From: Eledone cirrhosa
Lineage: Eukaryota
Direction of reading: 5' to 3'
Assembly: GCA_964016885.1 (NCBI GenBank)
Contig: OZ024743.1
Location: forward strand, 47,368,001 to 47,432,000
Length of the DNA: 64,000 bases
Below the pieces are notes generated by a model. The model was given only the letters and a program-made list of their open reading frames with translations, did not search any database and was not told the DNA's origin. The position numbers and the translations under genes were made by a program. Positions 27,727-39,793 of this stretch are shown one piece after another (within the stretch, counting starts at the first letter, position 1; each line of letters begins with the position of its first letter).

Positions 27727-29369
27727 ATGGATATATGCACAACAAAAGATGAAAATAACAGCCCACAACAGACACCAAAAAATATAGAAAATGCAGAAAT
27801 TGAAACAATTGACACAACTACACACAAAAGAACCGACAACAACAACAAAATTGAAAAAACAACATTCGCACAGACTGTGATAAACAAAACAGAATATAAA
27901 GAGTTGGACATCAGCAATTCAAAACAGATGTTGTCTGATGCGAAACAATTTATAACATTTGAAGAAAAGGGTGGGTTTCAAATAAACTCACCCTTGGAAA
28001 TTAAACGAGAAACAGTTCGAAGGACAGTAACCTTCAGAACTGTTTCAAATAAAATAAAAAAAAACAGTATTCCTTAGTCAATGGGAAATTGAAACCACTT
28101 TGAAAGAGGCTCTGCCGGACATTGATTTTATGCAGAGGGCCAGACTATATGGAAGTATTTTGGTACTTTTTAAAGGCGAGGCCCTCGCACAAAAGCATTA
28201 TATTACACTCGTCATTGCAAAAGCACACACCTTTTTCCCTACTTACATGGGAAAAAGAACACAAAAAATTAAAATAAATAATATACCACCAAACATCAAC
28301 ATCTGGTGGATCTTAGCAGGGTTCATAGAGCCAGAAAATGATACAATTCTTTCGGTCAGGAAGTCGACCAGATAATGGTGGGCAGGGACAAATTTGGAAA
28401 TTCTGATACAAATGAAACCAGAAAGAATTTCCCAAATCCCCGAAAGAGTGCTGGTCGACAACTAGAACTACATTAACATTGTAACTGAAGGAAGCCACAC
28501 TGTTTTCGATGTGCAAGCACATCACACTTAAAAGCCTCCTGCTCTTTACAAACAAATTTTTTTTAAAAAGTACTTTTACCAACACCAACACCAAAACAAC
28601 CACCACCACCACAACAACAACAACACACAAAACAAGCAAACACACCCAAACAAACAACCACTCAACCACAAACAACAGAAAAAACACAGACAGCACCCCT
28701 GAAGAACACAGCCCCACCCCACCCCACTCAATCCAACACTATCACAAACACACACACCAAAACACCATCACCACACAACATACCCCTACCCCCACACACC
28801 TGTTGATGATTATTCATCAACAGATGAGGCTGCTTCTCCTTCTTTAAGTGAAGAAGAAGAGCCTCGAAAATTAAAAAATCAAAAAAAGAGACACCACAAA
28901 ACCCCCAAAACTCCAATCACCAACGCCAACACACAACCACAGACACAAACAACAACACAAACAACACCACAAGCAAACCTCCCCTACCAACAAAACACCA
29001 CCCCAAGCACAAAAAAGAAAACTGACAGACGAACAACAAACTAAAACAACACAACCAAAACAATAACAACAATATGCATACATCAATACCAACAACAAAA
29101 ATTTGATGGAGGTCATCTCACAGGACCCCAAAGTGGAAACTGAGGGTAAAACTTTTGTCAAGGCAGACTCTCAACCACACCTAAAACTGATAAGGGTTTC
29201 GATGGAAACCTATCAGAAATTAAAAGAACAGTTTTCACCGGACGTTGGCAACCCCTGCCAAAAACCAATAAACCGTGTCCTGTTGAAATGTTTCCCCATC
29301 CCACTCAACATCCCCACCAGAACTGAAATGGAGATTGAACAACCTGATCGCCAGGAAACGAAAAGGTAA
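27727..29369 (+). pseudogene. Tx1 ORF1 (gag-like, CCHC zinc knuckle), disrupted
   Basis: Broken ORFs 27727-28077, 28100-28375 etc.; knuckle CFRCASTSHLKASC at about 28501-28542. Confidence 0.75.
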
Positions 29370-29410
29370 GTGCACCTTTTCGTCCTTTTCGCCAACTCTT
29401 CTCCACCAAC

Positions 29411-32400
29411 ATGGCTGACTTACGAGTTGGAAGTGTGAATGTGCGTGGCCTAGGGATGCCCTGGAAACAGGACCAACTTTTAAACGACCTTAGGTCACAC
29501 GGTATAGATGTAATAGCTATCACCGAGTCCAGGATCCACAACAGACAGCAACTAACCCCCATCTTCAATGCCGGGAGGTGGAGGGGGCGACTGTCATGTT
29601 TCGGAAAAACCTGGATCTCGAAGTACAGCAAGTACACTTGGACCCGGAGGGTAGACTGGTAGTCCTAGACGTGAACAGACTGGTGGCCGTTTATGCCCCG
29701 ACCGGGCAATCGCAATCGCGGCCAGACTTCTTTAACCTTCTAGAGTCTTTTCTGGGAACGTCTCACTCCTTGCTTTTAGTGAGGGACTGGAATGGTATCC
29801 TAGATGCACGATGGGACTATGTGGGAGCATGTCCCAGTAGAGCGGGGTGCAACAGCCTCAAAAATCTAATCGGCCAATTCCAACTGGCCGATAGATATTG
29901 ACTAGATTTCCCGACTGCACCACAGTGGACGTGGGCAAACCTCAGCGGGACATCTAGATCGTATTTAGAGAGACGGACAAGAAGATGTTAAGCTGTCCAC
30001 AAATGCGCATGGTTGCCTATTCAGATCACAAACTAGTCGACTGCATAGTCAACCGTGATAGAATACATAGACAAGGACCCGGATACTGGAAGCTGAACGT
30101 GCCGTTGCTGGCACGAAAAGCCTAAGTAGATTAGTTAAGCAGAGTTGACGGGAGCCATTGTCAACAATAGATGGTGGTACTCTCTCAAGAGAGGAATTAG
30201 AGTAGAATCGATAGGGTCTAGCAGAGAATTAGCTTTAGAGAAAAACAAATCAGAAACAGAACTAATAGCCAAGGTAGAAGAGTGCCACCGCAGTTAGAGT
30301 GCTAGCATTGAGAACGGCACTGGACCAGTTCTTCGACGAAACACGAAGGCTGCATGGTCAGAAGTAAATCACGTGCTCTAGGAAACGAGGGAGCAAAAGC
30401 TGTTAGCTGGGCCCGAGTGGCGGAAGCGAAAAGTGGCAACAAGTCCACGATTCGGTCTTTGAAAGACCAAAACGGACGCGTGCTACTTGACCCCAAGCAG
30501 ATGTGCGCGGCCTTTCAGCGGCACTTTGCGCGACTGTTTAAGCAGAACGACGGTGCCCGAACGGGGCAATGGACTTTGGTTCATACTTCGACGGCCTGCC
30601 GCGTCTCTCGAGCATGGATGCCGAGTTCTGCGAAAGACCGATCACAGCCACTGAGATACGGGACGCTCTGGGCCGCTGCGGGAAACGCAAATCACCCGGT
30701 CTAGATGGTCTACCCTATGAGTTTTACATAGGCATGCCGGACTTGTTCTCTGGCGTCCTCGAAGCCGTCTACTGCAATTGGCAGCAGAACGGGACAATTC
30801 CCAGTTCTGCAGGCAAGGGCGTATCAGGAAAGACGAGAACAAGGGGGACGAAATAAACAATTTCAGGCCCATAACTCTGCTCAACACAGAGTTAAAGATT
30901 TTGGCCAAGGTACTAGCAACGAGGCTGGCGCTTCTTGTCGAAAACCTGGTAGGGAAAGCGCAAACGTGTGCAATCCCGACCAGGTCCATACACGACAACC
31001 TCCACCTCATGGGATACATCATAGAGAGGGTGGGGTGTAAACCCGGCTTCGGTGGGGCTCTGATCAATTTAGATCAGTCTAAGGCATTCGATAGGGTCGA
31101 CCATCGATACTTGGAAGCGGTTCTCAAGGCGGCCGGTTTCGGTCCCGTTTTCAGAGGCTGGATCAAGGCGATGCACACCAGCATCTGCTCGAAGGTCAAG
31201 GTGAACGGCTACCTATCGGAGCCGTTCGCAATCACGCGTTCTATTCGACAGGGATGCCCTCTCTCCTCCATTATGTACGTATTGACTCTAGAGCCACTAC
31301 TGCGGAAGTTGGAGCTTTTGCAGGGCATCCATTTAGAACTGGGACTGCGAAAAGCAGTGTCAGCTTCTGACGACGACGTGACGGTAATGGTGTCGAAACC
31401 CTTGAAAATCGAGGTAATCGGGAACTTACTACAGGAATACGAAAGGTTCACTGGAGCAAAACTGAACCCGGACTAGTCTGTCGGTTTGCAACTCGGAATG
31501 TGGAGAGGCAAACCGATGCCGTCCGACAACGTCGTCGGACGCTGGACGGAAGGACTGGTGAAATTGCTCGGGGTCTGGTTCGGTCCAGACCTCCTGGTGG
31601 AGAAAAACTGGAACGAGGTCATGGCCAAGGTATTTGCACTCACCCAGAAGTGGGCAGAGTACAAACTATCCTTGAAAAGTCGAGCGGAGGTGGCGAACAC
31701 TTTCATAGCGTCCGTCATCTACTACCGCTTGATTGTCGTGCCTTGTCCCCGTGAATACCTCACCAAGATGGAACGCATGCTCTTCCAGTTCCTGTGGAAG
31801 AAGCGAGCTCCACTGGTGATGAGATCCGTCTGCTGTCAACACTCTTCCAACGGAGGGCTGGGCATGCCGTGGCTAATTATGCGCAAACATGCGCTGAGGC
31901 TACGGAATCTCCAGGTATTCCTCACCGACCAACCGGTGAGGGAACCGTTTGATAGACAGGCCTTCCCACAACTTGTCTCGCTGACGGAGCTGCAGTCCTG
32001 GGTCAAGCGAAGACCAAAGAAGATGGGCGCCTGGCACATTGAATGCGCCCAGGCGCTCACAATCCTCTATCAAGTGGGTACAGCAATCAGTGGAAACTCC
32101 ACTTTGACATTCTATAGAGGGTTAGTACTTTACAAGTGCGACGACGTGCTCGGGGTGACTCTAGGCGTCGAAGACGACGAGCTCACCAGTCTGTTCGGTA
32201 GGACTTTCCGCCCGGGACCTATGGACAACTTCCAAAGGTCCCTGGCAGTGCTACGGAGGAGCTCTACCCGATCGAGATAAGATCTACAGGCACGGACGCG
32301 CCGGCAGGGATCCTTCCAAGAGGACGTGTCCAAGATGCGAGCAAAACATTGAAACTGTCTTGCACGCAATTATACACTGCCCGGGAGTAAGCGACCTGTG

Positions 32401-32743
32401 GAACTATGCAGAACAACTGCTGTCGCGTATGGGACAAATCCAGTTGACTGCCGAGTCCATAGTGAGGATCAAACCGCCGGCCTCTTTCAAAAACGAAAGA
32501 GAGGCGGTTTTCCTCTGTACAGTGGCTATGGTGAAAGAGGTTATATGGTGGAAGAGATTGAGAGGAGTGAGGACAGATACCTTTCTCTCCGGACAACAAT
32601 TGATTCCCTTCTTTAGGTATCACTTTAGAAGGAGAATCAGAGTGGAGAGAGAGGCACTGCACCCCAGTAAATTTACTGAAAGGTGGGTGAATGTGGCAAA
32701 AATGGCCTGAGTGATTGGGCCTTCTCTGTTTATAGGCCTGTAG
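29411..32743 (+). pseudogene. Tx1 ORF2 (AP endonuclease plus RT), disrupted
   Basis: SVNVRGL, DVIAITE, VAVYAP, SDHK, GPGYWKLN, KSPGLDG, NFRPITLLNTELKILAK, LDQSKAFDRVDH, RQGCPLS, GGLGMP. Confidence 0.93.
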
Positions 32744-33020
32744 GTTAAAGAAGATAGCAAAAGGAAGAAAGGAGCACTTGTACAACACGCTCCTGAAGTT
32801 GGGGGTTGTTTTATCGACGGGGTATTAAACAACCCATTTGTGGCGCTTCCACCCTATTGGGGATTTCGATTTTTATAATTGTTTGTTTTATATTGTTTAC
32901 ACGATTGTATGTAAAATTCCCAGCATGTATTGTCCCCTTTTCTTGTGCGTCCTTGTGGCAAATAAAGAAATCTATCTATCTATCTATGTATCTATCTACC
33001 TACCTAACTATCTATCTATC

Positions 33021-33996
33021 CGAAAATGGGCGCCTGGCACTTCGAGTGCCTTCAGGCGCTCACAGCCCTCTACCAAGCGGAAACGGCAATCAGCGGAGAC
33101 TCCACTTCGACATTCTATAGGGGATTAGTGGAGGATAAGTGCGACGACGTCCTCGGGGAAACTCTAGGCATCGAGGAGGACGAACTGACCAGTCTGTTCG
33201 GGAGGATTTTCCGTCCAGGCCCTATGGATAACTTCCAGAGGTCTATGGCCTGGCAGTGCTACTGAGGGGCTCTACCAGTTCGAGACAAAATCTACAGGCA
33301 CGGACGCCCTGGCAGACATCCTGCCAAAAAGGACCTGTCCAAGATGCGAGCAGGACATCGAAACCGTTCTGCACGCAATTGTTCATTGCCCATGGGTGAT
33401 CGACCTGTGGAATTATGTCGAACAGTTACTGTCACATGTGGGACGCATCCAGTTGTCAGCCGAGTCCATCGTGTGGATCACCCCGCTGCCTTCCTTTAAG
33501 AATGGAGAGGCGGTTTTCCTCTGTCTGGTGGCTATTGCGAAAGAGGTAATATGGTAGACAAGGTTAAAAGGACTGAGGGCAAACACCTTCTCTCCGGACA
33601 ACTCATCCCCTTCTTTAAGTACCACTTCAGAAGGAAGGTAAGAGTGGAGAGAGAGGTGCTACACCCCAGTAAATTCGCTGAAAGATGAGTGAATGTAGCG
33701 AAAATGGCCCGAGTGAATGGACCTTCTCTGTATATAAACCTGTAGGTTGAGGAAGATAAACAGAGGGAAGACGGGAACACCTACAAAACGTGTTCCTAGT
33801 GTTGAGGGTTGTTCCATCCACGGGGTGTAAAACAAACCTGCAGTAACGTTCCCCCTATTGGGGATTTCAATTGTTATTTTATTATATATAGTTTATTGTT
33901 ATTTATTAATGTTAAAGTTATTTTTATGTAAAACCCCCGCCGTCACGTCTAGTAATGTCCCATTTTTGTACGCCGCTGTGGCAAATAAAGAAAGAT
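33021..33996 (+). mobile_element. Tx1-clade LINE 3' fragment, divergent subfamily, tandem to the full-length copy
   Basis: MGAWHFECLQALT...PGPMDNFQRS homologous to 32018 onward; diverged 3' UTR; (TCTA)n on both sides. Confidence 0.92.
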
Positions 33997-34014
33997 ATCT
34001 ATCTATCTATCTAT

Positions 34015-34190
34015 CATCATCTTTTAACGCCCATCTTCCATGCTATCATGGGTTAGACGGGTTTGTCCCACTTGAGGCAAGATTGGTCGGGTAACCGTGT
34101 CTCGTTCATATAGAACTGTTTCTGGCAGGTTTTCTACGGCTGGATACCCTTCCTAACACCAACCACATTTACAGTGTGGACTAGGAGCCT
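34015..34190 (-). mobile_element. SINE-like repeat (family B, RTE-type tail)
   Basis: Minus: GGTTGGTGTTAGGAAGGGTATCCAGCCGTAGAAA...AGCATGGAAGATGGGCGTTAAAAGATGATGA. Confidence 0.7.
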
Positions 34191-34322
34191 TTATACCGAG
34201 CTATATACATATATATATATAATTATGGGTGGATTCCCGATGGGTATCATGGGATGATCATTGTGTTAAAAAGGTACTCAGTACATTGGCAAAGTATAAG
34301 CAGTTTTTCTTTTTTATAGAAA

Positions 34323-35260
34323 CTAGCGGTCTCTGGTCTGTACTGTATGCAAAACTATTCACAAGGCACCTATTGGCATCCGTCGTAATACCAATTTTCC
34401 TTGAAATAAAAGATGTTTAAAGGTATTTAAATATTGCATGACATAATTTTAAAAATTTATTTAGAATATCAAAATACAGAAAGTAATAAAGAAAATAATA
34501 GAAAAATGTATTCTACAAAAATTATAAAACATTAATAGAACTTCAGTATATACAATGTTTTTAACTTTTTTCTTTGGAGCATATATGAAGAGCTTGTGGG
34601 GTCTTCCTACTCTGAAATAACCTACATACAATCAGCCATGTGGGGAAACAGCTCTCTTCTAGATGAAGACAGAAAACCTGCACTGTTTGATCTTGGGACT
34701 TGTTAATGATCACTGTGTAACTGACTTTCACTGGGAATTACAATTATTTGAAACGAAAGGGAACATCTGTTGGTATTAACGGTATTCTAGGTATAAATAT
34801 GTCGTCTACCTTACCACATCTAGTGAGGATTTGGGCCTCTGTTCAGTCACAACCATATGCGCCCAATTGCTCAATCATGGCTGATCCAGGTTTCTGAGAG
34901 GCATGATGACTGTGTCATTCTTCAATTCAATGTTGTATGACAGTATACCATGTGGTTGTAGACTGTTGAGAAATTCAACGGGATAATGAACAGCTTCGTC
35001 TTCATCAACAACTTTGTCGATAGATTTATAGGTCTGGCTACCTCCAGGGATCACTGCTGAGAGATGTTTGTTGATGTTATTCACTGTGATGTTTTGTAGG
35101 GGCAAGGATTGTTCTTTCACACAGCCACTCCTCGTTGGAATGGTGGATTTCGAAATTGGGAAATACTTGATTAATTAAGTTTACAACGCTTTCCACAACA
35201 GTAGAAAATTATGAAGAATCAAAACACTCTTCAGTATCAAGGGATAACTTTTCTATAAAT
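34323..35260 (-). mobile_element. Helitron fragment: PIF1-type helicase C-terminus and 3' CTAG end
   Basis: TYKSID...YPVEFLNSLQP.G...LRNLD; PRIPLIPTDVPF.FK; INKSQ..T; CFPHG.LYV..RVG; KNIVY.EVL; terminus GACCG-CTAG|T. Confidence 0.88.
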
Positions 35261-35700
35261 TTAAGCGGCTGTGATGTGCTTATCTATAATTCCAAGGGCC
35301 CCCTCCCTCCCCGCTTCCGTTTTCGGAAAAAGGAGTCGTTGGCCAGTGAGTCAGATGTCAAATTGATAGACAGCAAACGAAAACACCTAGAAAAGTTTTA
35401 ATTAGTTAAAGCGAGGGGGGGGGGATTGAGTGAGAGGTGGAGTACTATTTCCATCTCTATATTTAGATAACATGACGGATGAACAGAGAGTACATATGTG
35501 CTAGAGAGAGAACAGTAAATCCTCCCCAACACCCCACCGCCACCCCACTATTCCGTTTTCGGAATTTAAGTTGATAACAAGCATGTTGGAAGTCAGATTA
35601 GTTGAAAACACACGAAATGCCTTAATTATTATCAATTTTATTTAGTGTTACTAGCGGTCAACGTAAAACAAACAAACTTTCTTTTTATAAATATTATGTC

Positions 35701-35744
35701 TTCTACAGGACTAGAGAATGAGAACTGTTTCATTCATCAGGAAT
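35701..35744 (-). ncRNA. Decayed hammerhead copy (family of 3177-3227)
   Basis: Minus: TTC-CTGATGA-AT-GAA-ACAG(...)CTGT-A/GAA; stem II deleted. Confidence 0.5.
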
Positions 35745-35874
35745 GTCGGTTATACACGCACCACACATGAAAATCCCCACTTTCCACATCTGATACACCT
35801 CTCTTGTCTAACTCATGCATACAAGCATGGAAAGCTGTACACGTTTTCCCTCAATGTTGCTGTAATGGCTAAAA

Positions 35875-36385
35875 CCTCTCAGTCCACCAAGTAAGGTGGT
35901 CATGCTGGTGACACAACAAAAGTTCCTAGTTAACCATGTAAGGTGCTCGTACTGGTGACAGGACAAAAGAACACCCAGTTCGCCCTGTAAGGTGATCGGA
36001 CTGGTGACACGACAAATAAGCACATAGTCCACCCTGTATGGTGGTCTTGTTGGTGACACGACAAAAAGTCCCTAGTCCACCCTGTAAAGTAATCGTGTTG
36101 GTGACACAACAAATAAGCACACAGTTCACCCTGTAAGGTGGTCGTGTTGGTGACACGATGAGAAGGTACCCAGTCTAAGCTGTCACTTGGTCGTTTTAGT
36201 GCCACGATAAAAAGCGCCGAGTCCACGCTGTAAATGTGGTTGACGTTAGGAAGGACATCTAGCCGTAGAAACCAAGCCAGAAATATTTCTGTATGAACAA
36301 GACATGGTAACCTGATCTGACTTGTTTCAAATGGACAACTCCTCTAATCCATGTTAACGTGGAAAAGTGGATGTTTAACGAGGGT
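35875..36385 (+). repeat. Tandem amplification (about 50-bp units) of a family B segment, followed by a family B body and tail
   Basis: Repeated GGTGACACGACAAA..GCAC..AGTCCACCCTGTAAGGTGGT, then GTTAGGAAGGACATCTAGCCGTAGAAA. Confidence 0.75.
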
Positions 36386-36599
36386 GGTGATAATATATAG
36401 AAAATTAGCAGTGGTTTATATGGCTCTTACTACTTATATATTCCGTCATTTTAAATGTTAAGCCTGAAGTTATATGTGAAACAAACTGGCTGAGGATCTG
36501 TCATCATATCAAGCTAATTTAAGATACAAGAGAAAATATTTTGTATTTGGGATTTGTGGAGCTGGATGGGGCTTTGAAGGGGTTCCCTGATCTGGACGA

Positions 36600-37420
36600 G
36601 TGGTCCGAGGGTTGTGCGGTCCCTGTCCGGAGGTGAAATCAGCAGGGAGAGAGTTGGCAACGAGCACAGTGATGAACTTGAAGTCCTCAGTACACTTCTG
36701 TTTATTGTTGCTCTTCAAGCCATAATGGACGGATTTAGGACTGGTACTCCATGGAAGCTCTTGTATGTTAAGGATTTTGTCTTTATAGCTGAATGCATGA
36801 ATTAGTTGAAGGCAAAATTGCAGACATGAAGGAGGAGCCTGCAATCGGGTGGAGGGTGGCTGGCGAAAACTTAAGTTTGTTATGTGGGAAGGATGACAAA
36901 AACCTGATATGGTCAGGGAAGTTCAATATATCAAAGAAGGATGGGCAGAAGTTACGTATAGATGCAGAGATGTAGTAGGATTACAAGGAGGTTGACGGAG
37001 AAGATCGACTTTGTGTGTAACAGATGCACAGGGGAAGTAAGCACTAAATGCACGCATGAAACAGGTTCCTTCAATTGCTCGGGAGGCTCTCTGGAGGTTG
37101 TTGACGGATCGGCAACGGTGGGGGTGTTTTCAAAATGTGGCAGTCGGAGAAAGAACGGGTTAGAGAAGGTTTAGGGAGCTAGTAACTCTGCTGATAATGG
37201 AGTGAGAGGAGGTTGCGTGTTGTATGTGAGCAGCGATACTGCATTGCGGTGAGGCATGATCTTTGACTGTAGAGATGGAGCGGGTAAGTCCCGATGAATA
37301 TGTGCTGTTGATGTGCTTAAAGGACATGGCATTTGTGAGCTGAGAGGAGTCTGTATGGGAGTGCGCAGGAGGGAAGAGTGTGGTGGTATGCAAATGTGAT
37401 GTGCATAGAGGATAGGTGCT
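36600..37420 (+). mobile_element. RTE-clade LINE RT fragment (decayed)
   Basis: RVGNEHS..., LSTLLFIVALQAIM..FRTG.PW.LLY; homologous to 47668-47967. Confidence 0.75.
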
Positions 37421-37569
37421 GTATAAGGGGGTGCAGAGAAATCTCAATGAGATTCACACCTGCCATACACCTAAGACATTATATTGTCCCCCTTCTCTTC
37501 CTCCTCCCGCATCCTATTCCAAGTAGGGTATAAAGGGCTCTTCTGTCGAGTCAATGATTGACAACCTTC

Positions 37570-38090
37570 CCAGTGCTGGTGCCACGATAAAATGCACCTA
37601 GTACTCTCTGTAAAGTGGTTAGAGTTAGGAAGAGCTTCCTGTCGTAGAAACCAAGCCAAAGCGACTGAAAGGATCTTTCACTAGTGTACTGAGTACACCC
37701 TGTAATGTGATCGGTTATAAGAAGGGCATTCAGGTATGGAGACTATGCAAAGAAAAAGGATTGAAGGGACTCTTCAGTCGTGTTAAAGGCACAACAATCT
37801 CTCTAGTGTTGATGACAATAAAACACACCCAGGATACTCGGAAAAGTGGTTGGTGATCGGAAGGGCTCCCAACAGTAGAAAATATGTCAAACAAGGGGTA
37901 CAGTTAACTGTTCATGTGTGTCAAAGACATAATGACCGCAGAAGAGTGCGAGAACGTATGTGAGCAAGATTCTGCTCCAGTATATCTGAGAGATCAGTGG
38001 CTCCGATCAAGAAGTGAGTTGATCTTTAACAACCCGTCCAACCCTTGCCAGAAAAGAAAACGGATGTTAAATGACGATGATGATGATGTT
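37570..38090 (+). mobile_element. Cluster of family B repeat fragments ending in a (GAT)n tail
   Basis: TGCCACGATAAAATGCACC..GTGGTT..GTTAGGAAG..., tail AAAACGGATGTTAAATGACGATGATG. Confidence 0.65.
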
Positions 38091-38494
38091 ATGTATTTGT
38101 AATGTGTATGTATTTATATATGTATGTGTATAATATATAAATATATATGCGTATGAGTAGGTATATTATATAAATATAATATAGTAATTTTATGCTAGAC
38201 AGTAGTACTTCATATAAACTTGGAGGGAAACTTTGGTGGTGCGGATTCATTATATTCCTACGTGACACAAAGAAGCCCGAAATGTGATGTGTAAACACAA
38301 TATCGTGAATTTTGGTTAGATAGAACTGGTTTAAATTTGTGTAGATTCGAGCAAAGGTGAAAGGAAAAATATCTGTTATAATTTTTCTTTGATAAAATGG
38401 AAGATCATGTGTGAACCTTGTAGTGAAGGAATAAACAGACAATATATAAATATATATTTATAGTTATATAGTGAAGTATAACTACAAGAGGAGG

Positions 38495-38765
38495 GTATGT
38501 GGATAAAGAGAGGACATGAAAGAAGTATTTAAAATGATGAAAGGACTTGAAAATATAAATGGCAATACACTATTCCAGAAAAATGAAAATGTATGATGAG
38601 GTCACAAGTATACACTTGATATGAAACAATACTCTGAAGACATCAAGAAATATTTTTGCTTTCAAAGAGTTATTAATGAATGGAATAATTTTTCAGGCCA
38701 TGTAGCAAATCCCACAACAGTAAAAGATGTATATAAAGTATGACAGCTATAAGATGAATGAATAG
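38495..38765 (+). mobile_element. CR1/L2-like LINE 3' fragment (decayed)
   Basis: Remnants of RGD..EVFKMMKG.ENI..., RGH..., KYF..RVINEWN. Confidence 0.55.
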
Positions 38766-38828
38766 ATTGAAAATATGTTGAAGCAGAATAGAAGCAACAG
38801 AAGGCACTAAGTGCCCTGCATAATGCAT

Positions 38829-39124
38829 CCCACAAGATTCCAACTGGTGTGAACCGGTGCCAACTGGTATAACAAAATCAAACACCCACAAGATTCCAAC
38901 TGGTGTGAACCGGTACCAACTGGTATAACAAAATCAAACACCTACAAGATTCCAACTGGTGTGAACCGGTACCAACTGGTATAACAAAATCAAACACCCA
39001 CAAGATTCCAACTGGTGTGAACCGGTACCAACTGGTATAACAAAATCAAACACCCACAAGATTCCAACTGGTGTGAACCGGTACCAACTGGTATAACAAA
39101 ATCAAACACCCACAAGATTCCAAC
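38829..39124. repeat. 56-bp minisatellite, about 5.3 copies
   Basis: Unit CCCACAAGATTCCAACTGGTGTGAACCGGTACCAACTGGTATAACAAAATCAAACA starting at 38829, 38885, 38941, 38997, 39053, 39109. Confidence 0.95.
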
Positions 39125-39362
39125 AGGAATGGGGCGATCAAAAGCTGCTATGGCCAGATGGGGCTACAAGACCGGCGGCCTAACCATCTGCTAATGCGGA
39201 GAGGAGGACCATACGATGCAGCACTGCCTTGTTTGCCCTCTACTACCCAACCAGTGCAGCTTAAAAGATCTCGCAGAATTTAATAATAATGCAAAGGACT
39301 GTGTAAAAAAATGGGAAACTGTCATATAACCACATGCTTCGAAGATGCGAAAAGAAGAAGAA
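39125..39362 (+). mobile_element. Ingi/Vingi-like LINE 3' fragment inserted in the minisatellite
   Basis: TGMGRSKAAMARWG...C*CG...TMQHCLVCP...DL..., (GAA)n tail; the minisatellite resumes afterwards. Confidence 0.7.
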
Positions 39363-39793
39363 CTGGTATAACAAAATCAAACAAACTCGAAAGCTAGAAT
39401 GAGAAAAGATCTTTACTAAATATTAATATTGTCTTAAACTTACATTAAACAGTTAATATTATAATTAAAATCAGGTCTTGTGAATATATTTATAGGGAAT
39501 CACAATATTCTTATTTAGTATGCAACAAAATTCTTCTTTGAATATCAGTTGTGTCCAACGTTGATATAAGCAAAGTTGTGATAGTTAATATGGGTTCAAA
39601 TCAGGCCTCGTCGTTTTTTTTTTGGGGGGGGGGGGGGGTCGTTTTGTTTTGATTTTTTTTTATAACGTTTGATAATGTTTAATGTTTTTAATACAAACCA
39701 AACATCTTAAATTAACATTTGTTTGTTACATTACTTTTTGTATTCGATCACTCTTCTCCTGCATCTCTTTTTCTCGTTATCAGTTTTATCCAC

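Larger units (their letters stand above)
27703..32970 (+). mobile_element. Full-length decayed Tx1-clade (L1 superfamily) LINE
   Basis: ORF1 plus ORF2 (APE-RT), 3' AATAAA-GAAA end; TCTACCTATCTATC 5' flank and (TCTA)n 3' flank. Confidence 0.93.
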
